Of a stretch of DNA of 46,426 nucleotides, positions 1 through 10,811 are shown piece after piece. Under the pieces are notes generated by a model. That model was not told the DNA's origin. It did no database searches and saw only the letters and a list, made by a program, of their open reading frames with translations. The stretch lies in assembly GCA_018241565.1 (NCBI GenBank), contig JAFEDO010000009.1, positions 1 through 46,426 on the forward strand, read 5' to 3'. Position numbers and translations under genes: made by a program. Numbering within the stretch: position 1 is the stretch's first letter; each line of letters begins with the position of its first letter. Source of the stretch: Pseudomonadota bacterium. GTDB taxonomy: Bacteria > Pseudomonadota > Gammaproteobacteria > JAFEDO01.

Positions 1-1
1 A

Positions 2-1141
2 GCTTATGCGTATACGTCAGGTATAGAACCACTCGTCGATGGTATTTTGGAAGAAATTGGATTTGTTCGAGATCCTAAGACAACGTGGTGGGAAGTAACG
101 GATGCTTTATTTATTACAGGGTTTGTTCATGAAGCTACGTTAGCGCAGCGATATGCGATGCCACTTCTAGCCGATGCTGCATCTGTATGTCGTAGTTCTT
201 CGATTGAAGATCTTTATGGAAAAATCGTAGCACCTACGGGTGAAACGTTGATTGAAGCATTTTCACGAATGGTTTCAAGTGCAGTGCGTGAATACCCCAT
301 CTTATCTCGTGTGACGAGTTTTGATTTAGGTGAAGCAAAAGTTGTGTCATTAGATTTAGATGAAGTAGCAAAGAGTGGTGGAGACGCGGCTGATCGACAA
401 ACAGCAGTCATGTATATGTTGGCTCGTTACATTCTGGCCAGAAATTATTATTTCACAGAAGATAATTTAGCCGATATGCCAGAACAATATCGCGATTATC
501 ACCGAACGCGTATTGCAGAAATTCGCGAAGATCCAAAACGAATTATTTACGATGAATTTCATCGTACGTCGAAATCTCAAGCCGTTCGCGATCAAGTGAT
601 CATTGATATGCGAGAAGGTAGAAAGTGGAAAGTACAAACTGCTTTGATTTCTCAATCGGTCGAGGATTTTGATGCCATCATGATCGAGTTTGCAACATCC
701 ATTTATATTATGGATGCAGGACCTGCTCAAGCCATTGAAAATACTACAACCATTTTTGGATTATCTGAAACAGCAAAAGTAGCTTTATCGACTCGTGTAC
801 ATGGCCCACAAGCAGGAGGCTCTACTTTCCTCGCACAATATGCCACGAAATCAGGTATCAATACGCAATTATTAACACTCACCTTAGGCCCCATTGAACT
901 CTGGGCATTTAGTACTACCGCAGAAGATGCCAATATTCGTAATCAATTATATAAACGTATTGGCCCCGCCGAAGCTCGCCGCTTACTTGCAGCGCAATAT
1001 CCTTCAGGAACCATTACCAAACATCTCGAAGCACGACTCAGTGAAGTTCGAGAAAGGACTGGCGTTATTGAGGAAGAAGCCCGTAGCAGTGTCCTCGATC
1101 AAATCCTAGAAGAGTTGCTAGATATTTATTACAAACGGTAA
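2..1141 (+). CDS. icmB: Dot/Icm type IVB secretion ATPase IcmB/DotO, C-terminal ~380 aa; 5' end lies outside the window
   Basis: The frame is open from base 2; the track ORF merely starts at an internal TTG at 47. It carries VirB4/TraC-class ATPase C-terminal signatures: Walker B-like 'RIIYDEFHRT' followed by 'REGRKWKVQTALISQS'. The Dot/Icm assignment rests on the icmH/icmF pair at 24.9-28.9 kb and the Legionellales-like context. Confidence 0.7.
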   Translation, partial: AYAYTSGIEPLVDGILEEIGFVRDPKTTWWEVTDALFITGFVHEATLAQRYAMPLLADAASVCRSSSIEDLYGKIVAPTGETLIEAFSRMVSSAVREYPILSRVTSFDLGEAKVVSLDLDEVAKSGGDAADRQTAVMYMLARYILARNYYFTEDNLADMPEQYRDYHRTRIAEIREDPKRIIYDEFHRTSKSQAVRDQVIIDMREGRKWKVQTALISQSVEDFDAIMIEFATSIYIMDAGPAQAIENTTTIFGLSETAKVALSTRVHGPQAGGSTFLAQYATKSGINTQLLTLTLGPIELWAFSTTAEDANIRNQLYKRIGPAEARRLLAAQYPSGTITKHLEARLSEVRERTGVIEEEARSSVLDQILEELLDIYYKR

Positions 1142-1194
1142 GTAAATCTTCTGTTAGGATTTTAAAGTTAATCATAATTTTTTATTAAAAGGCT

Positions 1195-1641
1195 TTATTC
1201 AAAAAAACAGAAAGTGCATAACCAAAAAAATAAGAAAGTAAGCGTCAATGATAAAACAGACAATCCAATCACTTTCCAGATAGAATGTTTTTCCCAATGA
1301 TTATTAAGACTTATCACAATATTTTTTTGCTGATATATACGGAAAAATGCAAAAATAACAACAGTGTATGAAAGCGGAATAAAAAAATTAATTTTACTTA
1401 AGATATCTTCTGGAACAAAAAGAAGAAATCCAAATAGAATAAGTGTCCCAAATACCCCTATTGTAAATGCTTTATCCGCCCAATTTTTTTGTCCAAATGC
1501 TTCAAAGTTTTTCGAAAGGAGATAGCAAGCAACTAAAGGACCACCGATAAAAGAGCTGATTAATATCGAATTTTCCGTATAGAGTTTTTCTTCTGTAGAT
1601 ATAATACGGGAAGGTTTTTGAATTAAATGCAAATGACTCAT
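1195..1641 (-). CDS. small integral membrane protein, function unknown
   Basis: 148-aa ORF with about four hydrophobic helices ('ILISSFIGGPLVACYLL', 'FTIGVFGTLILFGFLLFV', 'VIGLSVLSLTLTFLFFWLC'). No catalytic motif recognised. Convergent with icmB. Confidence 0.5.
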   Translation of the reverse strand: MSHLHLIQKPSRIISTEEKLYTENSILISSFIGGPLVACYLLSKNFEAFGQKNWADKAFTIGVFGTLILFGFLLFVPEDILSKINFFIPLSYTVVIFAFFRIYQQKNIVISLNNHWEKHSIWKVIGLSVLSLTLTFLFFWLCTFCFFE

Positions 1642-1793
1642 CTGATGTTCCTCATTAAATGTTCTAATAAAATTTAAGCTAAAGACACTTTATTTAAAAA
1701 CAAGTCATGAATGAAATATATGGGTAGTTCTACCCATTGTGATATTTGGAGGAATTTGATAAATATAAATTCATGTAGTTAGGAAAATTCCTC

Positions 1794-3176
1794 TTGAAAA
1801 ATCGTTGTATTAAACACTGGGTAAAAGATTATCGTGATTATTTTCAACCAAAAATGGTTGCGATTTTCTTTTGGGCTTTTGCCAGCGGTATTCCCCTTTT
1901 TTTGGTTGCTACCACGTTATCAGCGCGTCTATTGCAAGAAGGGTTTTCACTAGAGAAAATTGGATTTTTCTCATTGGCGGCGCTTCCTTATACATTAAAA
2001 TTTATTGGCAGTCCTTTTATAGAGCGTTTTTCGATACCGGTATTAACACGATATGTAGGCCATGCGCGTGCTTGGATGTTAGTTGCTATGAGTGGCACGA
2101 TATTGAGTTTGATTGTAGTTGCCAATATTGATATTCACGGTGGTAAAAATGTATATGAACTTTTTTCTGCAGTTTTTTGCGCTATGCTTTTTTGTGCCAT
2201 CAATGACATTGCAGAACCAGAGTTGAGAATAGGTTTATTAGATTCTCATGAATTAGCATTAGGAACGGCTTGTTACACGAATGGTTATTGTTTAGGTGAA
2301 TTGATGGGTAGCGGTGGCGCTCTTATGTTAGCGGGTCTTTATGGCTGGGAATCGGCTTACTTAATGATCACTAGTTTAATGTTCCTCGGAATAATCAGTA
2401 TTAGTCTCAAAAAACATAATGCAAGATTAGCAATATCAAACGATGCTGCAGATGATCAAAAAGAATTATTTAGTTTTAGAAGCATCAAGAATTTGTTCGA
2501 GAGCATAGTCAAGGCAGTTAAATCTTTACTGGAGTTTCCCGCATTTTATTGGATTTTTTCAACAGTCATTTTATATTATGCGAGTTATTACATAAGCTTC
2601 ATGATGCAAAATCCATTTTATATTCAAGCTGGATTTTCGATTACACAAATTGGTGCATTGAAAGGAATTCCGGGAGGTTGTTTGCTTATTCTGGGAGGGA
2701 TATTGGGTGGCCCACTCTGTAAGCGTTATGGAGTAACAAAAATTCTTTTTATATGCGCCATTTTTTATATGATGAATATTTTCTTACAAGCGGAATTGGC
2801 TTCTCTGGCAAACGGTCATGATTTCCAACACCGTAAAAAAATTATGGAGTTCATATTTGGGTTTACAATCTTATTCAATAGTTTTATGGATGGATTATCG
2901 GTTGTAGGTTATGTAACAATTATTGCATCACTTTCTAACTCATCTTATGTAACGACGCAATATGCACTGTTAACTTCTTTACTAGCGCTTTCAAGAATCT
3001 TATTTTCGTCCATTGGGGGATACTTAGCAGAATTATTAAAGTGGATTCAATTTTTTATATTGAATGGATTGTTTATGATCCCAGTATTATTTTTAATTAT
3101 AAAGATTCATAAAATGAATCCAAATTTTAAAAGAGAAGAGACTTCCTATGAAGATAATTCCAGTTTTGTTGGGTAA
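1794..3176 (+). CDS. ampG: AmpG-family MFS permease (muropeptide permease-like)
   Basis: 460 aa and polytopic. 'FASGIPLFLVATTLSARLL..IGFFSLAALPYTLKFIGSPFIERF' and 'TQYALLTSLLALSRILFSSIGGYLAE' align by eye with E. coli AmpG ('GFASGLPLALTSGTLQAW..IGFFSLVGQAYVFKFLWSPLMDRY', 'TQFALLSALSAVGRV'). The track start is TTG; an ATG at 1854 is an alternative start. Confidence 0.8.
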   Translation: MKNRCIKHWVKDYRDYFQPKMVAIFFWAFASGIPLFLVATTLSARLLQEGFSLEKIGFFSLAALPYTLKFIGSPFIERFSIPVLTRYVGHARAWMLVAMSGTILSLIVVANIDIHGGKNVYELFSAVFCAMLFCAINDIAEPELRIGLLDSHELALGTACYTNGYCLGELMGSGGALMLAGLYGWESAYLMITSLMFLGIISISLKKHNARLAISNDAADDQKELFSFRSIKNLFESIVKAVKSLLEFPAFYWIFSTVILYYASYYISFMMQNPFYIQAGFSITQIGALKGIPGGCLLILGGILGGPLCKRYGVTKILFICAIFYMMNIFLQAELASLANGHDFQHRKKIMEFIFGFTILFNSFMDGLSVVGYVTIIASLSNSSYVTTQYALLTSLLALSRILFSSIGGYLAELLKWIQFFILNGLFMIPVLFLIIKIHKMNPNFKREETSYEDNSSFVG

Positions 3177-3990
3177 AACCTTACCTAAAAATCATATTTC
3201 AATTACGGCGGCTCAACATATGTTGGAGCTGTCTAAAGAATTATTTCAGCGTTATGGCATAACCGGATTTGTCCATGCAAGGCTCTATAATGATTCTTCA
3301 AGATTTACATTAACTACGTGTCCTGAATGGTATTCACATTTTATTGAACAAGGTTATTTTAACTATTCACGTTTAGATCGCCATGCTAGTTGTTATGAAT
3401 CGGGATATTTTCTTTGGGATGCGTGGGATAAAAATTGCCCCGGTTATCAAATCGTTGTAAAAGATGCGGAAGAAAATTTTGATGGAGGGAGAGGTATCAG
3501 TGTCATCAAAAAATCAGATGAGTGGGTCGATAAATATGAATTCTCTTCTGGTAAGTTTAATTATTCGATCAATCAGTTTTTTCTGAGCAATATTAATTTA
3601 CTCGAAGATTTTATTGATTTCTACAAAGAGAAAGCAGCAAAATTAATAGAAGAAGCGCACAAAAATAGAAATTACTTACCCTATAAAATTGATGTGTACT
3701 CTGAATATTCTGATACACTGTTGCCGGTCAATATTATTGGTGCAGCAGCAGGTGTTGATACTGCCATTGATAAACAAAATCCTATTTTTACTAAGCGAGA
3801 ATTAGAGTGTATCCATTGGTTATCAAAAGGAAAAACAATCCCTGAGCTTGCGGCTATTCTGGGAAGATCAAGTCGTACTTGCGAAAAATTCATCTTAAAT
3901 ATCAAAGAAAAATTAAATTGTTGTACTTTTTTCCAGCTCGGTATGAAAGTTTCAGAAATTGGTCTTACCAAATTACTTGGTAATCTCTAA
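3148..3990 (+). CDS. LuxR-family transcriptional regulator (GerE/LuxR C-terminal HTH, N-terminal ligand-binding-like domain)
   Basis: The C-terminal 'FTKRELECIHWLSKGKTIPELAAILGRSSRTCEKFILNIKEKL' is a canonical LuxR/GerE HTH. The N-terminal ~170 aa ('CPEWYSHFIEQGYFNYSRLDRH..GYFLWDAW..GGRGISV') only loosely resemble an autoinducer-binding domain. The gene overlaps the ampG 3' end by 29 nt; an ATG at 3220 is an alternative start. Confidence 0.75.
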   Translation: MKIIPVLLGKTLPKNHISITAAQHMLELSKELFQRYGITGFVHARLYNDSSRFTLTTCPEWYSHFIEQGYFNYSRLDRHASCYESGYFLWDAWDKNCPGYQIVVKDAEENFDGGRGISVIKKSDEWVDKYEFSSGKFNYSINQFFLSNINLLEDFIDFYKEKAAKLIEEAHKNRNYLPYKIDVYSEYSDTLLPVNIIGAAAGVDTAIDKQNPIFTKRELECIHWLSKGKTIPELAAILGRSSRTCEKFILNIKEKLNCCTFFQLGMKVSEIGLTKLLGNL

Positions 3991-4092
3991 TTAAGTAAAT
4001 TACTATGAGGCAGCTGGGATTAATACAAAAGTATTGTGAATAAGAATGTGTTTGATATAGTTAGACTAATTTACTCGATATAAGGATTCATC

Positions 4093-4863
4093 ATGGAAAC
4101 AATAACAAAAATAAAAGCGCCTGGCTTAGTTCTTGCTGTTAGATTGTTGTGGATTGGATTAATTTTAAGTTTTTTTACTTGGATAGTTGGTGTCAGTCAA
4201 AATGAGGTGACGCCTCGAGTTGTTATCTTTTCTGCGATTTTTGGTGTCATCACTTTGTCTATCACGGCATGGATAATCATAAAAATTTCAGCTCGTCGAA
4301 ATTGGGCTCGGATTTTGTATTTAAGTCTTTCTGTTATTGGCGCCCCATTTTCATTACTTGCTATGTTGGCCAATCCTCATCCTTTTCAGGTTATTTTGCT
4401 TGCCATACAATTTATTTTAGTTTTAACGGTGTTGTATTTAATATTCTTAGGCACTGGTGCCACTGAATTTGAAAAATTCAGCTTAAAATCAACAAAATCA
4501 AAAGTCCTTTTTTTGGCATTTATTGTTGTAACACTTATTGTATGGGCAGGGCCATTCTGGAATTCAGGATCAAAAAAAGACAAGTGGGTTGCAGGAGTGA
4601 AGCTGCAGATGCCTGCGGCAATTTGTAATACCTTTGTAAATAATCATACAGTGTCAGCTGCACTAAAAGAAAAAAATATTTCTTATGAAAAATGCGTTTC
4701 TCTCATTTCTAGTAATCTTGTAGATGGATGTATCCAAAAATACTATTCTGAGTTACCTGACAAACTCAGCATTGTAACTGGCGGTACTTGGGGTGAAAAA
4801 ATTGGGCGTTGTGTCGGAGAAGAGTTTTACGATAAGTATCTCGTGGACACAAACAAAAAATAA
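4093..4863 (+). CDS. membrane protein, function unknown (N-terminal TM bundle, Cys-containing C-terminal domain)
   Basis: 256-aa ORF with 4-5 hydrophobic helices in the first ~150 aa, then a soluble segment with four Cys ('AAICNTF', 'EKCVSL', 'DGCIQKY', 'GRCVGEEF'). No family recognised. Confidence 0.5.
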   Translation: METITKIKAPGLVLAVRLLWIGLILSFFTWIVGVSQNEVTPRVVIFSAIFGVITLSITAWIIIKISARRNWARILYLSLSVIGAPFSLLAMLANPHPFQVILLAIQFILVLTVLYLIFLGTGATEFEKFSLKSTKSKVLFLAFIVVTLIVWAGPFWNSGSKKDKWVAGVKLQMPAAICNTFVNNHTVSAALKEKNISYEKCVSLISSNLVDGCIQKYYSELPDKLSIVTGGTWGEKIGRCVGEEFYDKYLVDTNKK

Positions 4864-4937
4864 TTTATTCAAGAGGTATTGACGACGGATCATAAACTCT
4901 GTAGAAATCGCGGTACTTTCTACTAGGGTATTCACCC

Positions 4938-7900
4938 ATGAACATTCGCACAAAATTATATGCATTATACTCTCGAGTCAGTCATCGAGTATCTTTATTA
5001 TTAAATAGAATTTTTTCATTTATTCAAAGTATTATCGGCAAAATTCAATGGACGCAGCCGCAGTGGTTAGGGAAAGCAAAACAGCTCGCCTGTGTTGGTA
5101 TGTCAAAGGCAGAAGCTAATCCTAAACGATTCGTGATTTTAATCGTGGTTATATTAAGCGCTGTGGTTGGGTTGGCTGCACTGAAGCATTGGTATGACCA
5201 TCGCCCACAGCCTGTGTTTGTGACTGCGCAATTTGAAGATTTTCAAATCCCAGCGCCATCTGATGAAGCGCAGGAACCCCTAAATTTATCCCTGAAATTT
5301 GTGACAGAAGGTGGAAATTCTCCGCAATCAGTAGCACCCTTACAAACGAAATTTGATCAGCCATTAACTCATGAAGAAGTAGAAATTTCTCCAGAGATGA
5401 CGGGTGATTGGATGTGGTCGAACGACAGTAGTTTATATTTCAAACCAAAAACAGACTGGAAAGCAGGGCAAAAATATACGATTCGTTTCAAGCCTGAAGC
5501 TTTTAGTCAACAAGCGAAATTTAAAAAGTATCAATATGTTTTCACCACACCAAAACTAAAACCCGAAATCAAGAATTTTCAATTTTATCAAGATCCAAGA
5601 GACCCTGCTCAGCAATCATTAGTGGCTACTATTCAATTTAATTATTCTATTGACCAAGAAAGTCTTTCTAAATATTTAATCATTGCACCACAAAATGAGA
5701 GTAGGAAAAAATCACCATTTACTGTCACTTATGCAAAACAAGATAGAGTAGCATATATCAAAACAACTCAAATTAAACTACCAGAAGAACCTGAGTATTA
5801 CGTATTAACAATTGCTAAGGGATTAGAAGCAAAAAATAGTAAAAATGCATTAGCGGAAGATGTATCTACTAAATTATTACTACCTAATGCAGGTAGTATG
5901 ATGAAAGTGAAAGAATTAAATGTTGAAATTGTACGTAATCAGAAAGGAACTCCAGAGCAAGTCATCACCGTAGTCACAAGTTTAGGTGTTAAAACAGAAG
6001 AATTGGAATCAGTGATTCGTGCTTATGAACTTCCAAAAGATTATCCAGCACATGATGTAGAAAATGTAAAAAAAGATTATCAATGGCGTAGTCCCAATGA
6101 AGTCACATCAGATATTTTACAACAACATGCAGAAGGAATTTTTCTAACAGCGATTCCTGCCGCACATGATCATGCGACTTTGCATGGTTTTAATTTTCAT
6201 GCAAAACCTGGTCGATATATTTATGTCACTATTGCGAATCAATTGAAAGGTGATGGTGGATATAAACTCAAAGATAGTTACGAAACAATTCTGCAAGCGC
6301 CGGAATATCCTAAAGAAACTCGGTTTATGCATAAAGGTTCATTATTAGCATTAGGCAGTGAACACAAGCTATCTCTACAAGTGCAAGGCTTATCGACTGT
6401 TAAATATGAAGTGGGTCGCGTTTTACAAAAAGAAATTAATCATCTGATTACACAGACTTATGGAAATTACGATAATCCAGAATTTCTGACGGAGTCATTT
6501 AATAAAAATGATTTGAGTGAAGTGTTCACTGCATTCGAAAGTTTTAATAATGCTGATCCTGCTAAACCTCAATATACCGCTATCGATTTAGATAAATACT
6601 TAAAGCCTAATGCTGGTAATTCAAAACCATTGGGTTTATTTTTATTAAAAGTACAAGGTTGGGAAAAGAAGCAAAGTAACGAATCAAATGACGAAAATAG
6701 TGTAGATGATGATAATGAGAGTAACAGTGATAGCGATGCGAATGGTTCTGCCATAGAAGGTACGATGAGTTCCCGATTAATTTTAATCACTGATATGGCA
6801 TTGGTTGTTAAAAAGAATCAAGATAATTCTCGTGATGTATTTATCTCATCCATTACCGAAGCAAAACCCGTATCTGGTAGTAAGGTTTCAATTTTAGGAA
6901 GAAATGGATCGCCATTAGTTTCTGGTATTAGCGATGCAACTGGTCATGTTACTTTCTCTGCATTAGACCCTGATAAGTACTCTCAAGATCGTGAGCCTGT
7001 TGTGATTGTGGCTACGCATGACAATGATATTTCATTTATTCCTTATAATAGAGCGGATAGAGAAATCAATTATTCACGATTTGATGTCGGTGGTATTGAT
7101 GATTCTGATACAGGAAATCTTGCTGCTTTTATTTTTTCAGATCGAGGCATTTATCGTCCAGGAGAATTAGCGCATTTAGGGTTTATTATTAAGAAAGCTT
7201 ATGCACAACAAGCAGAAGCAGGTATTCCGATAGAAATAGTTATTACTGATCCACAAGGTAATACGGTAAAAGACCAAATAGTTTCGCTTCCTCCCAATGG
7301 ATATTTCACTCAGGACTTTTTGACACAAGAAAAATCTTTAACAGGTACTTATAATATTTATGCGTATATTGTGAAAGATAATCAGCGTGGAAATTATTTA
7401 GGTGACGCACAAATTTTAGTTCGAGATTTCTTACCAGACACGATGAAAATCGGTGCGGAATTTTCAGTGCCAACGTCAGAAGGTTGGATTTCTCCGGAAA
7501 AACTCGCAGCAACAGTTAAACTTGCGAATCTTTATGGAACGCCTAGCGCTAGCCACAAAGTCACAGGAAAAATCACTTTAGATCCCCGTCAATTTTCATT
7601 TGCGCAGTATGCTAAGTACCATTTTAATAATCCTTTATATAATAAAGACAAACCACTGCGAACTGTGACAGAAGATTTACCTGAAGTTATCACGGATGCG
7701 AATGGTATTGCCCAATTCAATTTAGATTTGACACGTTTCGATAAAGCAACTTATGCATTACGTTTTTATGCACAAGGGTTTGCTAAAGATAGTGGTAGAA
7801 GTGTGAGTACAGAAATTTCTGCCTTAGTATCACCGCTGACTTATTTAGTCGGATACAAAACAGATGGCGACTATAGTTACATCCCCAAAAATTCTAAGAA

Positions 7901-10811
7901 CCGCATTAGTTTATTAGCGATTAATCCACAATTAAAATCGATTCCGCTTGATAAATTACAAACAGTGCTTATTCAAGAAAATACAGTGGCTTCCCTCGTT
8001 GAAAAAGAAAGCGGTATTTACCAATATCAAACCATCACCCAAGAAAAAGTTTTGAAAACTGAATCGCTAAAACTCCCTGAAGGTGGTATGGAATATATTT
8101 TACCGACGGATCAAGTCGGCCATTATATTTTAGCTATCAAATCAGAAGAAGGCTTAACGTTAGCTCGTATTCCATTTAATGTGGTTGGTGGAAGTGCTGA
8201 GATCGTTCAAAAGAATACTGAGCTTACGGTAACTTCAGACAAACAAAAATATAAGCCAGGAGATGAGATACAACTGCAAATTACAGCGCCATATACGGGC
8301 AGTGGTTTGATTACCATTGAACGAGATAAGGTATATGGCTATCAATGGTTTACAGCAACGACACCTAATAGCGTACAAAAGATTAAAATTCCTGCCGATT
8401 TTGTGGGGAATGGTTACATCAACGTCACTTATATTCGAGATTGGAATTCCCCAGAAATCTTTTTAAATCCATTAAGCTACAGCGTTATTCCTTTGAATAT
8501 GGATTTGAGTCAATATAAAGTGTCTATCGATTTGAAAGCGCCTGCAGAAATTCACGCAGGAAAAAGCATATCGATCCAGTACCAAACAAATCCAGCGTCA
8601 CAAATCATTGTCTATGCGGTTGATGAAGGGATCCTGCGTGCAGGTAGTTATGAAACACCGAAACCATTGGATTACTTTTTCCAAAAACGTGCACTGAAAG
8701 TCATGACCGATCAAATCGTGGATTTAATTTTACCAAAATATATTTCCAGTCGAGAAATATCATCAGTCGGTGGTGATGGTGGCAAAAAAGAAATGTCTGC
8801 TTATCTTAATCCATTTAAACGTAAAAATACGCCCCCAGTAGCATTTTGGTCCGGTATTATGGATGCTACTGAAACACCAAAAACAGTGGAATACCAGCTT
8901 CCAGACAGTTTTAATGGCACATTACGAATTATGGCCGTGGCCGCGGATAAAAATCAGGTAGGGAGTACAGAGCAGTCTGCCCTTGTCCAAAATGATTTTA
9001 TTTTAAATCCCAATGCTCCGACATTTGCAGCTCCAGGAGATAGCTTTGATGTCGCTGTGAATGTGACTAATGCCATCAAAAAATCGACAGTAATCCCTAT
9101 TACAGTGACAGTAAAAGAAAGTGAAAATTTAGAGATCATAGGGGAACATTCTCAAATCGTTAATCTTGAAGATAAACAAGATATGACAGTGCATTTTACA
9201 GTGAGAGCAAAAGACCAATTAGGCAATGCAGAAATACAAATTAATGCGGCGAATGACAAGCTTGATAAACACAGTGCGCAAACTGTGACATTAAGTGTTC
9301 GTCCTGTGACTCCTTTCATGACGGTGCTCAACAGTGGTTACAAAAAATCAGGGACAGTTACTCTGCCAGTGAATGATAAGTTGTATGCAGAAAAGAGGTC
9401 GCAAACTATTACAGCAGGTAATAATCCTCTTATTTTTATTACAGGGCTTAGCCAGTATCTTGAGTCTTATCCTTATGGCTGTACGGAGCAATTAGCCAGC
9501 CGTGGATTTGCTAATCTTATTTTGCAAAATATTGCGGAACTGAATGTCCCGGATGCAAAAGCACAAAGCAATTTCGAAAAAATGATGGGCTTAATTCTCT
9601 CAAGACAAAATAGTGATGGTAGTTTTAGTTATTGGCCAGGCATTACGGATGACAAATACTTATCAACAGAAAAACAATTCTCTTCCGTTTATGCGATGCA
9701 TTTATTAACAGAAGCACGCGATTACAAAAAATCAGTTTCTAAAGAAGCTTTTGAGCGTGGCATGGATTATTTAAAGAATTTAGCAGGTGCTAATACAACG
9801 GATTTAACTATGGCACGCATCCAAGCCTATGCGATTTATGTATTAACTCGCAACGAAATAGTCACTACTAACTATGTGACTAACTTACAATTATATTTAG
9901 ATAAAAATTACGAAAAATTGTGGAAGAAAGACATTTTGAGCAGTTATCTGGCGTCCGTGTACATGCTATTACATGATGAAAAAACAGCGAACGAATTAAT
10001 CACAGGTTATCATATGGGTGAAAAAGAGCCTGCTTATGAAACTTTCTATGGTAAAGACAGTCGCGATGCGCAGTATATGTATTTATTATCTAAGCATTTC
10101 CCTGCTCGAATGAACCAAATGGGTACTGCTGCAATGATTGATTTGGCTAATAACTTGAGTACAAATGAAGTTTCAACTACAACAGCAGCATTTGATATCT
10201 TAGCTTTATCAAATCCAGCAACTTTCACTTCTAAAGGACCGATGAATATTGAGGTTTTTACGAATAAAGGACAGATGACTGAATTCAAAAATGAAAACCC
10301 GTCGAAATCATTTCCATTGGCTAATGATATTCAAAAGCTAGTATTAGGTTACCCTGATCGTTCAGGATTCTTTTATCAATTCTCACAAAGCGGATTTGCA
10401 ACTAACTTACCAACAAAAGAATTGCGCGATGGCATTGAGATTACGCATGATTATACCGATGATCAAAATCATTCCATTCAACAACTAAAACTCGGACAAG
10501 AAGTCACGGTCCATATTAAGATACGTTCTTTAACCAGCGATTCATATCCACATATTGCAATTGTTGATTTATTGCCAGGTGGGTTTGATGTCGTTCCTAA
10601 TTCTTTTAATGGTAACTACCTGTATTATGAAGCACGCGAAGATAGAGTTTTATTTTTCGGATATGTACCCAACAATGATTTATTAGAATTAACGTATCGC
10701 ATTAAAGCCGCAGCACCTGGTGAATTTATTCAGCCACCAGCTTATGCGGAAGATATGTATAATTCACGTATTCGTGCTATGTCGAAATCAGGTAAAATTA
10801 CGATTCAATAA
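4938..10811 (+). CDS. bacterial alpha-2-macroglobulin family protein with intact thioester motif (YfhM/ECAM-like)
   Basis: 1957 aa with thioester motif 'YPYGCTEQLASRG' (CTEQ codons at 9480-9491). A 1-nt TAATG overlap joins it to pbpC, the conserved partner of thioester A2Ms. The N-terminus has a hydrophobic anchor 'FVILIVVILSAVVGLAAL' and no obvious lipobox. An ATG at 5100 ('MSKAEAN') is an alternative start. Confidence 0.9.
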   Translation: MNIRTKLYALYSRVSHRVSLLLNRIFSFIQSIIGKIQWTQPQWLGKAKQLACVGMSKAEANPKRFVILIVVILSAVVGLAALKHWYDHRPQPVFVTAQFEDFQIPAPSDEAQEPLNLSLKFVTEGGNSPQSVAPLQTKFDQPLTHEEVEISPEMTGDWMWSNDSSLYFKPKTDWKAGQKYTIRFKPEAFSQQAKFKKYQYVFTTPKLKPEIKNFQFYQDPRDPAQQSLVATIQFNYSIDQESLSKYLIIAPQNESRKKSPFTVTYAKQDRVAYIKTTQIKLPEEPEYYVLTIAKGLEAKNSKNALAEDVSTKLLLPNAGSMMKVKELNVEIVRNQKGTPEQVITVVTSLGVKTEELESVIRAYELPKDYPAHDVENVKKDYQWRSPNEVTSDILQQHAEGIFLTAIPAAHDHATLHGFNFHAKPGRYIYVTIANQLKGDGGYKLKDSYETILQAPEYPKETRFMHKGSLLALGSEHKLSLQVQGLSTVKYEVGRVLQKEINHLITQTYGNYDNPEFLTESFNKNDLSEVFTAFESFNNADPAKPQYTAIDLDKYLKPNAGNSKPLGLFLLKVQGWEKKQSNESNDENSVDDDNESNSDSDANGSAIEGTMSSRLILITDMALVVKKNQDNSRDVFISSITEAKPVSGSKVSILGRNGSPLVSGISDATGHVTFSALDPDKYSQDREPVVIVATHDNDISFIPYNRADREINYSRFDVGGIDDSDTGNLAAFIFSDRGIYRPGELAHLGFIIKKAYAQQAEAGIPIEIVITDPQGNTVKDQIVSLPPNGYFTQDFLTQEKSLTGTYNIYAYIVKDNQRGNYLGDAQILVRDFLPDTMKIGAEFSVPTSEGWISPEKLAATVKLANLYGTPSASHKVTGKITLDPRQFSFAQYAKYHFNNPLYNKDKPLRTVTEDLPEVITDANGIAQFNLDLTRFDKATYALRFYAQGFAKDSGRSVSTEISALVSPLTYLVGYKTDGDYSYIPKNSKNRISLLAINPQLKSIPLDKLQTVLIQENTVASLVEKESGIYQYQTITQEKVLKTESLKLPEGGMEYILPTDQVGHYILAIKSEEGLTLARIPFNVVGGSAEIVQKNTELTVTSDKQKYKPGDEIQLQITAPYTGSGLITIERDKVYGYQWFTATTPNSVQKIKIPADFVGNGYINVTYIRDWNSPEIFLNPLSYSVIPLNMDLSQYKVSIDLKAPAEIHAGKSISIQYQTNPASQIIVYAVDEGILRAGSYETPKPLDYFFQKRALKVMTDQIVDLILPKYISSREISSVGGDGGKKEMSAYLNPFKRKNTPPVAFWSGIMDATETPKTVEYQLPDSFNGTLRIMAVAADKNQVGSTEQSALVQNDFILNPNAPTFAAPGDSFDVAVNVTNAIKKSTVIPITVTVKESENLEIIGEHSQIVNLEDKQDMTVHFTVRAKDQLGNAEIQINAANDKLDKHSAQTVTLSVRPVTPFMTVLNSGYKKSGTVTLPVNDKLYAEKRSQTITAGNNPLIFITGLSQYLESYPYGCTEQLASRGFANLILQNIAELNVPDAKAQSNFEKMMGLILSRQNSDGSFSYWPGITDDKYLSTEKQFSSVYAMHLLTEARDYKKSVSKEAFERGMDYLKNLAGANTTDLTMARIQAYAIYVLTRNEIVTTNYVTNLQLYLDKNYEKLWKKDILSSYLASVYMLLHDEKTANELITGYHMGEKEPAYETFYGKDSRDAQYMYLLSKHFPARMNQMGTAAMIDLANNLSTNEVSTTTAAFDILALSNPATFTSKGPMNIEVFTNKGQMTEFKNENPSKSFPLANDIQKLVLGYPDRSGFFYQFSQSGFATNLPTKELRDGIEITHDYTDDQNHSIQQLKLGQEVTVHIKIRSLTSDSYPHIAIVDLLPGGFDVVPNSFNGNYLYYEAREDRVLFFGYVPNNDLLELTYRIKAAAPGEFIQPPAYAEDMYNSRIRAMSKSGKITIQ

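Noticed and set aside
4901-4923. 7-bp hairpin GTAGAAA-N9-TTTCTAC 14 nt upstream of the A2M start
   Set aside because: The stem is weak, and no conserved riboswitch or attenuator features are visible. It may simply be chance.
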